Shown one piece after another: positions 1 through 11,879 of a stretch of DNA of 64,000 nt. The translations under genes were made by a program, and so were the position numbers. Under the pieces are notes generated by a model that saw only the letters and a program-made list of their open reading frames with translations, was not told where the DNA came from and searched no databases. The stretch comes from Octopus sinensis (taxonomy: Eukaryota), in assembly GCF_006345805.1 (NCBI RefSeq), contig NC_043001.1:103478001-103542000 (forward strand), given 5' to 3'. Each line of letters starts with the position of its first letter. Within the stretch, counting starts at the first letter, position 1.

Positions 1-84
1 AACAATAGATCTCGAAGCACATGCAGTTGTATATAACGGTATGTAAATATTAGTTTGAAAAGCTCTTTTGCATAGAAAAATTGA

Positions 85-91
85 AGGCTGC

Positions 92-129
<38 letters not shown>

Positions 130-179
130 TGTGTGGTGTGTGTGTGTGTGGTGTGTGTGTGTGTGAGTGTGTGTGTGTG
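85..179. repeat. (TG)n microsatellite
   Basis: Directly visible TG run. Confidence 0.95.
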
Positions 180-359
180 AAAGGAAGATGATGATATATT
201 CTGTTAATAAAATAGAATATTTTCCTAAAGTAATCCAAACAAAATGTTTTATAACGGATACAGAAAAAAAACTACAAAAGGTTTGTTTTGTTTTTGTTGA
301 ATTTTTACATTTTTGTGTTAAATGTTTTAGATTTGTGTGAAATAACTTTACACACAAAT

Positions 360-486
<127 letters not shown>

Positions 487-630
487 TGGGTTGCAGTCAA
501 AAGTCTTGTATTGCAGACAATTGTTTTGAGCCGGCAGCTGACGCATAGTCGCTCATTCTGCTGAAAATAATAGCCAGACTTCTCATAAATGAAACCCCTA
601 AGCTGACGTAGCACCGAGCAGAAGCGATCG

Positions 631-1136
631 TCATGCCAAGTTCCTTGTACAGAATATTTTCAACTCTATCACGGAATATTCTAACAACAGCATTGGCATT
701 TTTGATTTATAGTCAATCCCTTGCCAGCCATCTTGATCAGTGTTTTCCTCGGTGGTGGCAGTGGCAGAACAACCAGATCTTGGGTCATCTTTAAGACTCT
801 CCCTTCTCTTAAATTCAGCTGCCCACTGTTGCATCATTGATAAAGCTGGAGCATCATCCCCTAATGTAGCAACTATGTCTCTATGAATGTCCTTGGAGAC
901 TAAACCCTTTTTCTGCAAGTACTTGATAACACCACAATGCCAAATTTTGTCCATTTTCAAGAAAATATTCTACTAGTTACTTTTGAAGTCTTCTTTGACC
1001 AGTCAAATGTCAGTTTACTAGGAAAGAAACAACACAGTTAATAATAAGACAGGTTGAAGTTTATGCATGCAAGATCTCACAGCCCTAGCATCACTCCTTC
1101 ATAGTCGGACGAAGGACTTTGCAGCCCACCCTCGTA
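631..1136 (-). mobile_element. Mariner-like transposon 5' remnant (TIR plus N-terminal HTH of transposase, disrupted)
   Basis: ORF 631-960(-) GVIKYLQKKGLVSKDIHRDIVATLGDDAPALSMMQQWAAEFKRRESLKDDPRSG resembles the Mos1-type N-terminal HTH; the minus strand begins TA-CGAGGGTGGGCTGCAAAGT at 1136, a mariner-style terminus. Confidence 0.85.
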
Positions 1137-1517
1137 TTTTTGACAACCTAAAATGTCGAGGTATTTAACCAAAGCATGGCCTTGATGTTGAATGTGATTA
1201 TCGTTGTCTCAGTATCCAAACACATTTAGTTCAATAGTAAAAGAAAAAAAGATCTCTAAAGCTGTATTTAATTGTGCCTCCGCAAGACTTGAAATGCTCT
1301 GCTGTGACCAAAATGTTTATTGAAGTTATTTCATGTTGTGCAGCCTCAACTCTTCGGGCATCTTTAAAAGCTTTACACCACCTTTACATTTATTTCTGTG
1401 TTTCTAAATTATCTGGAAACCTCCGTGACAATCACTCGGTTACAATTCTTTTAGAATTCTGAAGATCAAGTTTGCTTTACTAAAAGTACTTTCTGGTTAT
1501 ATTAGTTTCATATATAA

Positions 1518-1698
1518 AAAAGCGACGAGCGGGCAGAGTCATTTGCACGCCAGGTAAAATGCTCAGCGGGTTTCTCGCCCATCTTCACGATCTGAGTTCA
1601 AAATTCCGCTGAGGTCGACTTTGCCTTTCATTCTTTCGGTGGTCACTGGGGTCGATATAATCGACTTCCCCCCTCCCCACCGAGCTTGCTGCCTTCAA
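1518..1698 (+). mobile_element. SINE family A copy (degenerate)
   Basis: Head GCGACGAGCGGGCAGAG, B-box-like GAGTTCAAATTCC, core GACTTTGCCTTTCAT shared with >15 copies in the window. Confidence 0.8.
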
Positions 1699-1919
1699 CA
1701 TTTATGTTATGGTGTTCTGTTTTACATGTTCGCCACCCCCAAGCGATACAACGTCACTTCTTACCTGTTCTTTATTCATTCAGGTGGTAAGGTTTGTTTT
1801 GTCACTGGAGGTGAATGAGAATTTGTTCAAATATGAAGAGAACCAATGCCTTCGCGTGCCATACTTTAGAACCAAATCGCCTTTCGGCCATTCTGTTGTC
1901 TTTTATCGTTTATATGTTT

Positions 1920-2100
1920 CACTTATCTGAATGCGGCCATGCTGGGTCACCGTTGAGTCACCGTTTTGAAGAATTTTTCGATGAATCTGTTTACCACAGT
2001 ACTTCATTTTGTAAAAAACTTGGTACCTTTTGAATCGGTGTCTTTTGCCGAACTGCTAAGTAATGGTGACGTAAACACACCAACACCGGTTGTCAAGCGA
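1920..2100 (-). mobile_element. SINE family B 3' half
   Basis: Matches the 3' half of full copies at 2630-3049 and 19058-19480. Confidence 0.75.
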
Positions 2101-2225
2101 TCTTTGGCAACTAGAATCGCGATTGGTATAGCACTCAATACCAAAGTTTGACACTCTAGCCATTCCAGAATCTTCCATTTATAGATTACAATGTATCTTT
2201 AAATAACATTAATTAGAATATTATT

Positions 2226-2435
2226 AAGGCGGCGGCGAGCTGGCAGAATCGTTAAGGACGCTGGACGCAATGCTTAGCGTTATTTCGGCCGTCGATACGT
2301 CCTGAGTTCAAATTCCTCCAAGGTCGATTTTACCTTTCATCCTTTAGGGGATCGATAAATTAAGTACCAGGTGAGTACTGGGGTCGATGTAATCAACTAT
2401 CCCCCTCCCCCAAATTTCAGACCTTGTGCCCATAT
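2226..2435 (+). mobile_element. SINE family A, full length
   Basis: AAGGCGGCGAGCTGGCAGAATCGTT head, GCCTTTCATCCTTT..GATAAATTAAGTACCAG core, CCTTGTGCC tail. Confidence 0.9.
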
Positions 2436-2629
2436 GATTAATAAGCATATTAATCGCACTGTTGTGTCGACCAATTTACATTCAAACACATTGTTAGAAG
2501 ATGGCAGGAAAATTATAATTGCTGGTGGGGAAACCGTATTTCGTTTGGTAATCATAATACACCATCAACTGTATAAAAAGTTCAGACGTCTGTATTGCGT
2601 CCTACTTTGTGTTAGAAGTGCGTGATTTT

Positions 2630-3049
2630 ATTTCTTTCAGTCATTTGACTGCGGCCATGCTGGAACACTGCCTTTAGTCAAACAAATCGACCCCAGGACT
2701 TATTCTTTGTAAACCTAGTATTCATTCTATCGGTCTCTTTTGCCGAACTGCTAAGTTACAGGGACTTAAACACACTAACATCACTTGTCAAGCGATGGTT
2801 GGGGGACAAACACAGACACACAAATGCATATATACACATACATATATATACACACACACATACACACATATATACATATAAACACAACAGTCTTCTTTCA
2901 GTTTCCGTCTACCAAATCCACTCAGAAGGCTTTGGTCGGACCGATACTATAGAAGAAGACACTTGCCCTAGGTGTCACGCAGAGGGACTGAACCCGGAAC
3001 CATGTGGTTGGCAAGCAAGCTACTTACCGTACAGCCACTCCTGCGCCTA
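2630..3049 (-). mobile_element. SINE family B (tRNA head, CORE-like centre, internal TA/TG microsatellite)
   Basis: Minus strand GCAGGAGTGGCTGTACGGTAAG...GGTTCAGTCCC...GGGCAAGTGTCTTCT...GACTGAAA; many homologues in the window. Confidence 0.9.
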
Positions 3050-3052
3050 TAT

Positions 3053-3885
3053 TTTTTTATTTTTTAATTGTTTCTCAATAAATTTACTATTGAATTTAGA
3101 GCCAGCATTGAAAGTTACGAGGTTTCTTATACGAATACGGTTATGTAAACAATGCAATCGGAGATAAGAAAATAGGTAATAAGTGTATATGCACATTTCA
3201 GGAACTTTTGCTCCCTCTTCAGTACCGCATCCAATCCGTTGATTATCCACAAATCCATAGCTTAAGTAACCAGAGAATTTAGCGGTGTAACACAAGAATG
3301 GATGTACCAAATCTACATACGAAACACATTCCCAGCAACTGGTACATTCACATTAATTGCTGGTATTGACACCGTATTTCGTTTTGCAGCTGTATTGTAT
3401 TATTACTATCAAGCATATTAAAAAATTTATGAGTCAATGCTGTGTTCTACCCGTGTTAGCAGTGCGTTGTTTTTATTTTTTAATTGTTTCTCAATAAATT
3501 TACTATTGAATTTAGAGCCAGCATTGAAAGTTACGAGGTTTCTTATACGAATACGGTTATGTAAACAATGCAATCGGAGATAAGAAAATAGGTAATAAGT
3601 GTATATGCACTTTTGCTCCCTCTTCAGTACCGCATCCAATCCGTTGATTATCTACAAATCCATAGCTTAAGTAACCAGAGAATTTAGCGGTGTAACACAA
3701 GAATGGATGTACCAAATCTACATACGAAACACATTCCTGGCAACTGGTACATTCACATTAATTGCTGGTATTGACACCGTATTTCGTTTTGCAGCTGTAT
3801 TGTATTATTACTATCAAGCATATTAAAAAATTTATGAGTCAATGCTGTGTTTACCCGTGTTAGCAGTGCGTTGTTTTTATTTTTT
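3053..3885. repeat. Tandem duplication of a ~415-bp unit (3053-3470, 3471-3885)
   Basis: Near-identical units; unit 2 lacks ~10 bp at CACATTTCAGGAAC. Confidence 0.9.
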
Positions 3886-4233
3886 AAACTTTTAAAAAAT
3901 CATGTTTAACAGTAATAGTTAACCCTTAATACTGTTACCATTTTATACGTCGATAAAATTCTATTTGCTAATGTCTGCTGGTATCTGTGTTCTGCTTGCA
4001 GACCTCTTATGTTGCTGTGGCTTCAAAACCAATTCAATTTTTCAGTCTCTATTATGTATTTAACGAAAGCTTTTATCTGGCTCTCCTAAAACTGGAAATA
4101 GTCTTTCTTTTATCTGTCAGACAACTCATATCTTTTAAATTAAGGTTTGTATTCCATGTTGATCAACACATGACTTCTTATGATGTGTGTGTGTTGTTTG
4201 TACATTGCTTTTTATATATATAAATATATGCAA

Positions 4234-4234
<1 letters not shown>

Positions 4235-4291
<57 letters not shown>

Positions 4292-4375
4292 AATATATAT
4301 TCATACGTACATGAATACACACTAACATGTACACGTACATACATACATACATACATACATACATACATACATACA

Positions 4376-4407
<32 letters not shown>

Positions 4408-4413
4408 GATACA

Positions 4414-4449
<36 letters not shown>

Positions 4450-4933
4450 GATACATACATACATACATATATATAGATACATACATACATACACATATAC
4501 ATATATACATATATACATACATACATACATACATACATACATACATACATTCATTACATAAATGCATACATACATACATTCATTACATACATGCATACAT
4601 ACATACATAATACATACATACATGCATACATACATACATATATATATATACATACATACATGCATACATACATATATATATATATACATACATACATACA
4701 TACATACAGATAAGTGTATGCGAATGTGTGACTGCATGTATTATTTCGAAGGGAAAGGGACATTATTATTATTATTATTATTATCATCATCATCATCATT
4801 ATTATTATTATCATCATCATCATTATTATTATTATTATTATCATCATCATCATCATCATCATCATATTTATTATTATTATTATTATTATTATTGTTATTA
4901 TTGTTATTATTATTGTTATTATTATTATTATTG
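4235..4933. repeat. Compound microsatellite (CA)n/(TACA)n/(TA)n/(TTA)n/(TCA)n
   Basis: Directly visible. Confidence 0.95.
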
Positions 4934-5214
4934 ATGTTGTTCTTGTTGCGTTTGTGTTAAAACAGGAAAGCCATTCATCATAAAAAAAACAGCAAAAACA
5001 AACAACTAAAATAATCCTTCTTTGACATCTCCATTCTTTAGCAACAACAACAACAACAACATTGTTATTCATCTTTTTAAACAAATCACTTCAGAGAAAG
5101 GTGCTTCGCGTTGTTTTTTCTCGTTTTTTTTGTTTGTTTATTTGTTTTTTTGCGGTTTTCGATATTTCAACTTTTGTTACTAAAATGTTCAAGACGGAGA
5201 AAAAAATGGAAATG

Positions 5215-5275
<61 letters not shown>

Positions 5276-5965
5276 AGACGTAACTGTGTGGTAAGAAGTT
5301 TGCTTCCCAACCACATGGTTCCGAGTTCAGTCCCACTGCGTGGCACCTTGGGCATGTCTCTTTTACTACAGCCTTGTGACTAGATTTGGTAGACGGAAAC
5401 TGAAAGAAGCCCGTCTATATATATATATATATATATACATACATCATACATACATACAGATAAGTGTATGCGAATGTGTGACTGCATGTATTATTTCGAA
5501 GGAAAGGGACATTATTATTATTATTATATATCTCATCATCATCATTATTATTATTATCATCATCATCATTATTATTATTATTATCATCATATCATCATCA
5601 TCATCATCATATTTATTATTATTATTTAATTATTATTATGTTATTATTGTTATTATTATTGTTATTATTATGATTATTGATGTTGTTCTTGTTGCGTTTG
5701 TGTTAAAACAGAAGCCATTCATCATAAAAAACAGCAAAAACAAACACTAAAATAATCCTTCTTTGCACATCTCCATTCTTTAGCAACAACAAACACAACC
5801 CACCAACATTGTTATTCATCTTTTTAAACAAATCACTTCAGAGAAAGGTGCTTCGCGTTGTTTTTTTTCTCTCGTTTTTTTTTTGGGTTTATTTGTTTTT
5901 TTGCGGTTTTCGATATTTCAACTTTTGTTACTAAAATGTTCAAGACGGAGAAAAAAATGGAAATG

Positions 5966-6022
<57 letters not shown>

Positions 6023-6170
6023 CACACGTAACTGTTGTGGTAAGAATGTGCTTCCCAACCACATGGTTCCGAGTTCAGTCCCACTGCGTGGCACCTTGGG
6101 CATGCTCTTGACTACTACAAGCCTTGTGGACTAGATTTGGTAGACGGAAACTGAAAGAAGCCCGTCTTAT
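4700..6170. repeat. Tandem duplication of a ~750-bp unit containing a SINE-B 5' half
   Basis: 4700-5420 recurs at 5450-6170 with scattered small indels. Confidence 0.9.
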
Positions 6171-6194
6171 ATATATATATAGATATATATATAC

Positions 6195-6318
6195 TTCTAT
6201 TTTCTACTCTTGGCACAAGGCCCGAAATTTCGGGGGAAGAGGCCAGTCGATGTCATCGACCCCAGTACGCGACTGGTGCTTAATTTATCGAACCCGAAAG
6301 GATGAAAGGTAAAGTCGA
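6195..6318 (-). mobile_element. SINE family A 3' half
   Basis: CTACTCTTGGCACAAGGCCCGAAATTT...CCCGAAAGGATGAAAGG. Confidence 0.85.
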
Positions 6319-6334
6319 GAGAGAGAGAGAGAAT

Positions 6335-6403
<69 letters not shown>

Positions 6404-6833
6404 GAGAGAAGAGAGAGAGAGAGAGGAGAGGAGAGAGAGAGAGAGACAGACAGACAGACAAAATGATGCAAATAAACAGATAAAACTCGTTGGGATTCCT
6501 GTACAGAATAGATATACATGTATACAGGTAAATAAAGACAAGGTAAAGACTGAAAGATCTTCACCTGCAAATATGTGTGTGTGGTGTGTGTGTGCGTTAG
6601 TGTCTATGTTTGTTATGCTTGACAACCGGTGGTGGTTTGTTTATGCCCCGTCAATCAGCCGTCTGGCAAAAGTAGAAGGCTTCAAGACAAATAATTGCTG
6701 GAGGCGATGCATTTGACCCAAAATTCTTCAACGCCCTGCTCCAGCATAGCCACAATTTAATAACTGATACAATAAAAGATACATACGTTCACACACACAG
6801 ACACACACACATACACACATACAATAATATATA

Positions 6834-6869
<36 letters not shown>

Positions 6870-6870
<1 letters not shown>

Positions 6871-7650
6871 GAGCAAACCGCCCCCGTCCAATGGACGGTG
6901 CTGAGTTGTCAACATTTAAACTAATTTTCTCAAAACAACTTGTCCGACCGTCCCATAGGCCTCCCCTTTGAGAAAGCTGATTTAACCTAATTTGAGACAC
7001 CACCAAAAGAAGAGAAATAAGATAGACTTTTTTCTTCTATCCAAAGAAAAACGATTTTATTCACACAAATATGCAACCGAAGAGTTTAAAGTAACCAGTA
7101 ATATTACGGCTGTTGACTGGGAGAACACAAACATGGTTTAAACAGTAGCTTGGCAGGAAAGAAACGTGTCTTTAAGCAGTACAAAAACAACAAAAAATGG
7201 AAGGTCCAGTTATGTACTGGTTGACGGAAAAAAAGCAGGACAAAAACGGCTTTATCGATCGCATTCTCACCTGGAATTGATTTTTGTAATTTTTTTCAAG
7301 ACTTATACTGTCGGTATCTACATTTCAAATAAAATAGCAATTTTTCCCTTTAAGAAAAAAAAAAAAAATGAAGTACCCGTGATTCAAATATATCTGATAA
7401 AAATATAGCGGGGATTTTTATCTTTCAAGTCCACGGTACTCGAAATTTGTATAAATGGCTATAGGAAGGAAAAAGAAAGTAAGAAGAAAAGAGATTGCGG
7501 TAGCTACCGACCTCTTTTAAGTGTCGACATTTTCGACTTGATTTTTGCTTTCTTAAAGGGGAGGTGTGGTGTTTATTTTATTTGTAATCATTAGCATTTT
7601 AATCAAATTGCTGGAAAACAGACAAACTTTGAGTTTTAGTATAATATAGA
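6870..7650 (-). mobile_element. Non-autonomous Helitron-like element
   Basis: Minus strand starts A|TCTATATTATACTAAAA (7650) and ends with hairpin CCGTCCATTGGACGG then GGGCGGTTTGCTCG|T (6870); A/T target, CTAG replaced by CTCG. Confidence 0.65.
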
Positions 7651-7789
7651 TATATACGACGGGCTTCTTTCAGTTTCAGTCTGCTAAATCCACTCCCATG
7701 GCTTTGGACAACCCGAAGGACCATACCCACCGCCACACAAGGCCATCACCGACAACAGATACAGGATGGCCACCACTAACACCAACACA

Positions 7790-8290
7790 GACGTCAAGTC
7801 ACAAAAATATTTCTTGTAAATACCGGAGGGATGTTGCATGTCAACTGTAAAACAAAAATCTCATTTCTGAGTGACCTTGCTGCATGCAGTCAAGCTCTGT
7901 GCATAACACTTGTGGAAACGCATCTTGGACCTGATAGAGGGGAATGCAGAAATACACACACTTCAATATGTTGTTATACACTCAAATAGAAAAGAATGAA
8001 GCAATGGTGGAATTGCTGTGTACATCCGAGAGGACCTCGTGCCCCCAAGTCCTGCTGTCATATTCAAATTCAGTGTGTGATACACAAATGGTACACATAA
8101 GGCAACTTAATATTGTCATATGTACAACACATATCGTCCTCCGGGTGCTCCAATTCATACAGATAAGTTTGAAGACTGTCTAGCAAAGATGGGAGAAGTT
8201 CTCACCAAACTGGTACACCACATCAGTGTATTCCTTTCGGGTGACTTCAACTTCTTCATTGTGGGATGGTCTGAGGGCCTGATGCTCCTA
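7790..8290 (+). pseudogene. Degraded APE (apurinic-like) endonuclease of a CR1/L2-type LINE
   Basis: Frame-shifted motifs LVETHL, LLSYSNSVCDT, YRPP and LSGDFNF..V.W across ORFs 7944-8183 and 8120-8347. Confidence 0.8.
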
Positions 8291-8291
8291 G

Positions 8292-8572
8292 GAACGACGA
8301 CGACGAGGATTCCTGCTGATTCTATCAACGGAACAGCCTGCTCGTGAAATTAACGTGCAAGTGGCTGAGACACGTGTACCCTTAACGTAGTTTTTAAGGA
8401 GATTCAGCGTGACACAGAGTGTGACAAAGCTGGCCCTTTGAAATACAGGTACAACTGGAGCTTTAGGTATTTTCGCTCAATAAACACTCACAACGCCGGG
8501 TCTGGGAATCGAAACCGCGATCCTATCACCGGGAGTCTACTGCCCTAACCACTGGGCCATTGTGCCTCCACT
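8292..8572 (-). mobile_element. tRNA-derived SINE with D-type head and C-type tail
   Basis: Minus strand TGGCCCAGTGGTTAGGGC...GGTTTCGATTCCC head; tail GTACCTGTATTTCAAAGGGCCAGC...TTCACGAGCAGGCTGTTCCGTTG as in family C. Confidence 0.85.
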
Positions 8573-8635
8573 CTATAACATTGTATGTATATATACACTA
8601 CACACACATATATAAAAGATTATATATACACTGGT

Positions 8636-8950
8636 AAAGGCGCATGGCCTTGTAGTTAGACATGCAGCACTCACAATCATGAGATCGTGATTTCGATTCT
8701 CAGGCCGGCAGCGCGTTGTTTCTCGAGCAAATCACTTCATTTCTCGTTACCCCAATCCAGTCAGCTGGAAATAGGAACCCTGCGGCAGATTAGCTTTTCG
8801 ATCAGGACTAATGTTGACCTTACTCGCCTAGCCAGTGCAGTGGCATCATTTGAAAGCGTATTAGCTGTGCAATGATGCCATCCCGCAAAGCGTATTGTAA
8901 CCAGCGATGATAACATCCTCTGATACTCTGGTTGATCATCTGATTACGTG
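8636..8950 (+). mobile_element. Older tRNA-derived SINE (family C-like head)
   Basis: AAGGCGCATGGCCTTGTAGTTAG...GATTTCGATTCTC...GAGCAAATCACTTCATTTC. Confidence 0.7.
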
Positions 8951-9074
8951 ATATATATATATATATATCATATAATATATATTATATATATATATATATG
9001 ATATATATATATATATAATATGCATATATACATACATATATGTACGCCCTACATATATATGTATACATACATGC

Positions 9075-9261
9075 ATATAGGGTACAGGACATAAAAAACG
9101 TAGACAAAATGAGAAACGAGAACATAAAAAACGAAAATATAGAAAACGAACATTTTTTCAAACAACGAAAGAAAGAAAGAACGAAACAGAGAAACGAGAC
9201 AGGCAGCATAAAGAACATTCCCTTCATCAGTTGTCCCTTGTTTTATCTACTCCGCGTTTCG

Positions 9262-9266
<5 letters not shown>
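9075..9266 (-). mobile_element. Dispersed repeat, probable Penelope-type terminal fragment
   Basis: Homologous to 16265-16450; minus strand GAAACGCGGAGTAGAT...AACTGATGAAGGG; flanked by (TA)n. Confidence 0.55.
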
Positions 9267-9297
<31 letters not shown>

Positions 9298-9664
9298 CTG
9301 ACATTTGTATGAATCCGTCTGCGCTTTCTGTGTGCCCAGCATCCAATTGCAGAAGTGTACAACTGTAGAAGCAGAAACAGAGGTCTATGACCGGAAACAC
9401 TTCCAAATGCTAACAGCAACTGGTAAATCCACGAGAATATATGAATACATAATTGTATTGGCGCACGTCTACGGCTTACATGTATGTGGATATTTATGAC
9501 CATCTGAACATATAGAAAATATATTCATTGCATAAATGCTTCCGCGAGCTCAGAGGTGCAATAAAATTACCTACATAAATAGAAGTATGATTATCAAACG
9601 AAGACAAACGAGGTTCTTTTGCAAGAGTCGTTTAGCTTAATGGTTGAGAGGGCGCTCTTACCAG

Positions 9665-10149
9665 GTTCGGATGAAAGGCAAAGTCGACCCTGGCGGAATT
9701 TGAACTCAGAACGTAAAGACGGATGAAATGCCGATTTATTTACTACCCACAAGGGGCTAAACACAGAGGAGACAAACAAGGACAGATAGACGGATTATGT
9801 CGATCATATCGACCCCAGTGCGTAACTGGTCCTTAATTTATCGACCCCGAAAGGATGAAAGGCAAAGTCGACCTCGGCGGAATTTGAACTCAGAACATAG
9901 AGACAGACGAAATACCTATTTCTTTACTACCCATAAGAGGCTAAACACAGAGGGGACAAACAAGGACAGACAAACGGATTAAGTCGATTATATCGACCCC
10001 AGTGCGTAACTGGTACTTATTTAATCGACCCCGAAAGGATGAAAGGCAAAATCAACCTCGGCGGAATTTGAACTCAGAACGTAACGGCAGACGAAACACC
10101 GCTCAGCATTTCGTCCGGCGTGCTAACGTTTCTGCCAGCTCGCCACCTT
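9665..10149 (-). mobile_element. SINE family A trimer (one head, repeated body plus alternative tail)
   Basis: One head at 10149, then body + tail AATCCGTTTGTCTGTCCTTG...GGGTAGTAAAGAAATA repeated twice, then a partial third body. Confidence 0.9.
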
Positions 10150-10340
10150 TGGGGGCTTACGTATTAATATGAATGCGCTATTAATGACTCAAAGCAACAG
10201 ACATTATGCGACAAAAAATTTTAATTAAGAATAAGTACAAGGTTACTACCTGCCTTTATAACAAGTTGATGCAGGTAGTTTATCCCACCCTCCTTCGACT
10301 TTTAGTTCATGCAGTAGAAAATTGTTTATGGGATGACTCA

Positions 10341-10431
<91 letters not shown>

Positions 10432-10760
10432 ACACACACATACACACATACACACACACATGAGTAGTGATGCAACATTGCATGCGCATATTACCAAGAT
10501 GGCAACAACGTGCAGGCGAGCAGCTTGATGCATCCTAAAATCATTCAAAACCAGAAAGAAGGATACCTTGCTACTCCTCCGGAGGACATACACATACGTG
10601 TATGTACTTCCGTATCTATCCATGCATGTGTACTTGTATGGGCATAGTGTGTGTGTGTCAAATTTGGAAAACCGTCTCTTTTTTACTGCAAAAACAGACA
10701 ATGTAAGGGAAGTAACTCTAACAGACTTATTTCAATTTCGATCGTTTATTTCGTTTTCAG

Positions 10761-10899
10761 ATTCTTAGTAACTTCGAGAGATTCGTTGAATGAAGAAACT
10801 GACGCCGTATCGAATAATCGTAGCCGCGTGGCAGAGGTTGGTGCGTTTGTAGCGGTGTTATCTTGGTTGTTTTATCAAACTAGTAGCTGTAGCTACTAG
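10761..10899 (+). other. Possible terminal exon (unconfirmed)
   Basis: Pyrimidine-rich acceptor TTTATTTCGTTTTCAG at 10760; open frame FLVTSRDSLNEETDAVSNNRSRVAEVGAFVAVLSWLFYQTSSCSY*; no homology recognised. Confidence 0.2.
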
Positions 10900-11077
10900 T
10901 TGTGGTAGTTGTAAGGTCGTGGTGGACGTCGCCGCCGAGTTGTACCAGCTGGAGCGTCGGGGTGGTTATTATTGTTGCATGAATTGTGACAGGAGTGTAG
11001 CGTCATTAGTAGGAAGTGTGGTCCCATGGTGGGGATGAGAGGAAGCTGTTCTCTTCGTTTATGTTGATATGCAGTTG

Positions 11078-11322
11078 CAGGCGTGGCTGTGTGGTAGGAG
11101 ATTTGCTTCCCAACCACATGATTCCGGGTTCAGTCCCATTGCGTGGCAAATTGGGCAAGTGTCCTCTACGATACCTCCGGGCCGACCAAAGCCTTGTGAA
11201 TGGATTTGGTAGACAGAAACTGAAAGAAGCCCGTCGTGTGTATATATATATATATATATATAATATATATATATATATAGATATAGATATATATATATAC
11301 ACATATATATACATATATATAC

Positions 11323-11355
<33 letters not shown>

Positions 11356-11600
11356 TGTATGTATGTATGTATGTATGTATTTGTGTGTCTGTGTTTGTCC
11401 TCCCACCATCGCTTGACAACCGATGTTGGTATGTTTACGTTCCCATAACATAGTGGTTCGGCAAAAGGGACCGATAGAATAAGTACCAGGCTTACAAAGA
11501 ATAATCCTGGGTTCGATTTGTTCGACTAAAAGGCAATGCCCTAGAATGGCCGCAGTGTAATGCCTGAAGTAAGTAAAAGCTAAAACGATATCGCAAGTTG
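11078..11600 (+). mobile_element. SINE family B, full length with expanded internal (TA)/(TATG)n
   Basis: Head GCAGGCGTGGCTGTGTGGTAGG, GGTTCAGTCCC, tail GGCCGCAGTG..TGAAGTAAGTAAAAG. Confidence 0.9.
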
Positions 11601-11784
11601 TATTAAGTATTTGTGAAGAGGCACAGCAATAAAGGTATCGCGGTTCTGGTTCAGGAGATTGTGCGTTCGAATTCTGGGTGGGGCAGCGTGTTGTGTTCTT
11701 GAGCAAGTCACTTCATTCTTATGTCGCTGCAATCTACTTGGTTGAAATTACAGTCAGCCAAGTGCTGGGGCAGCCACCATTCCC

Positions 11785-11820
11785 TCTTTCTCTCTCACTT
11801 TCTTCCTCCCTCTCTCCCTC

Positions 11821-11879
<59 letters not shown>

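Noticed and set aside
9665-10149. CRISPR-like or retron-like repeated units
   Set aside because: Units are SINE concatemers without unique spacers; eukaryotic context with no cas genes
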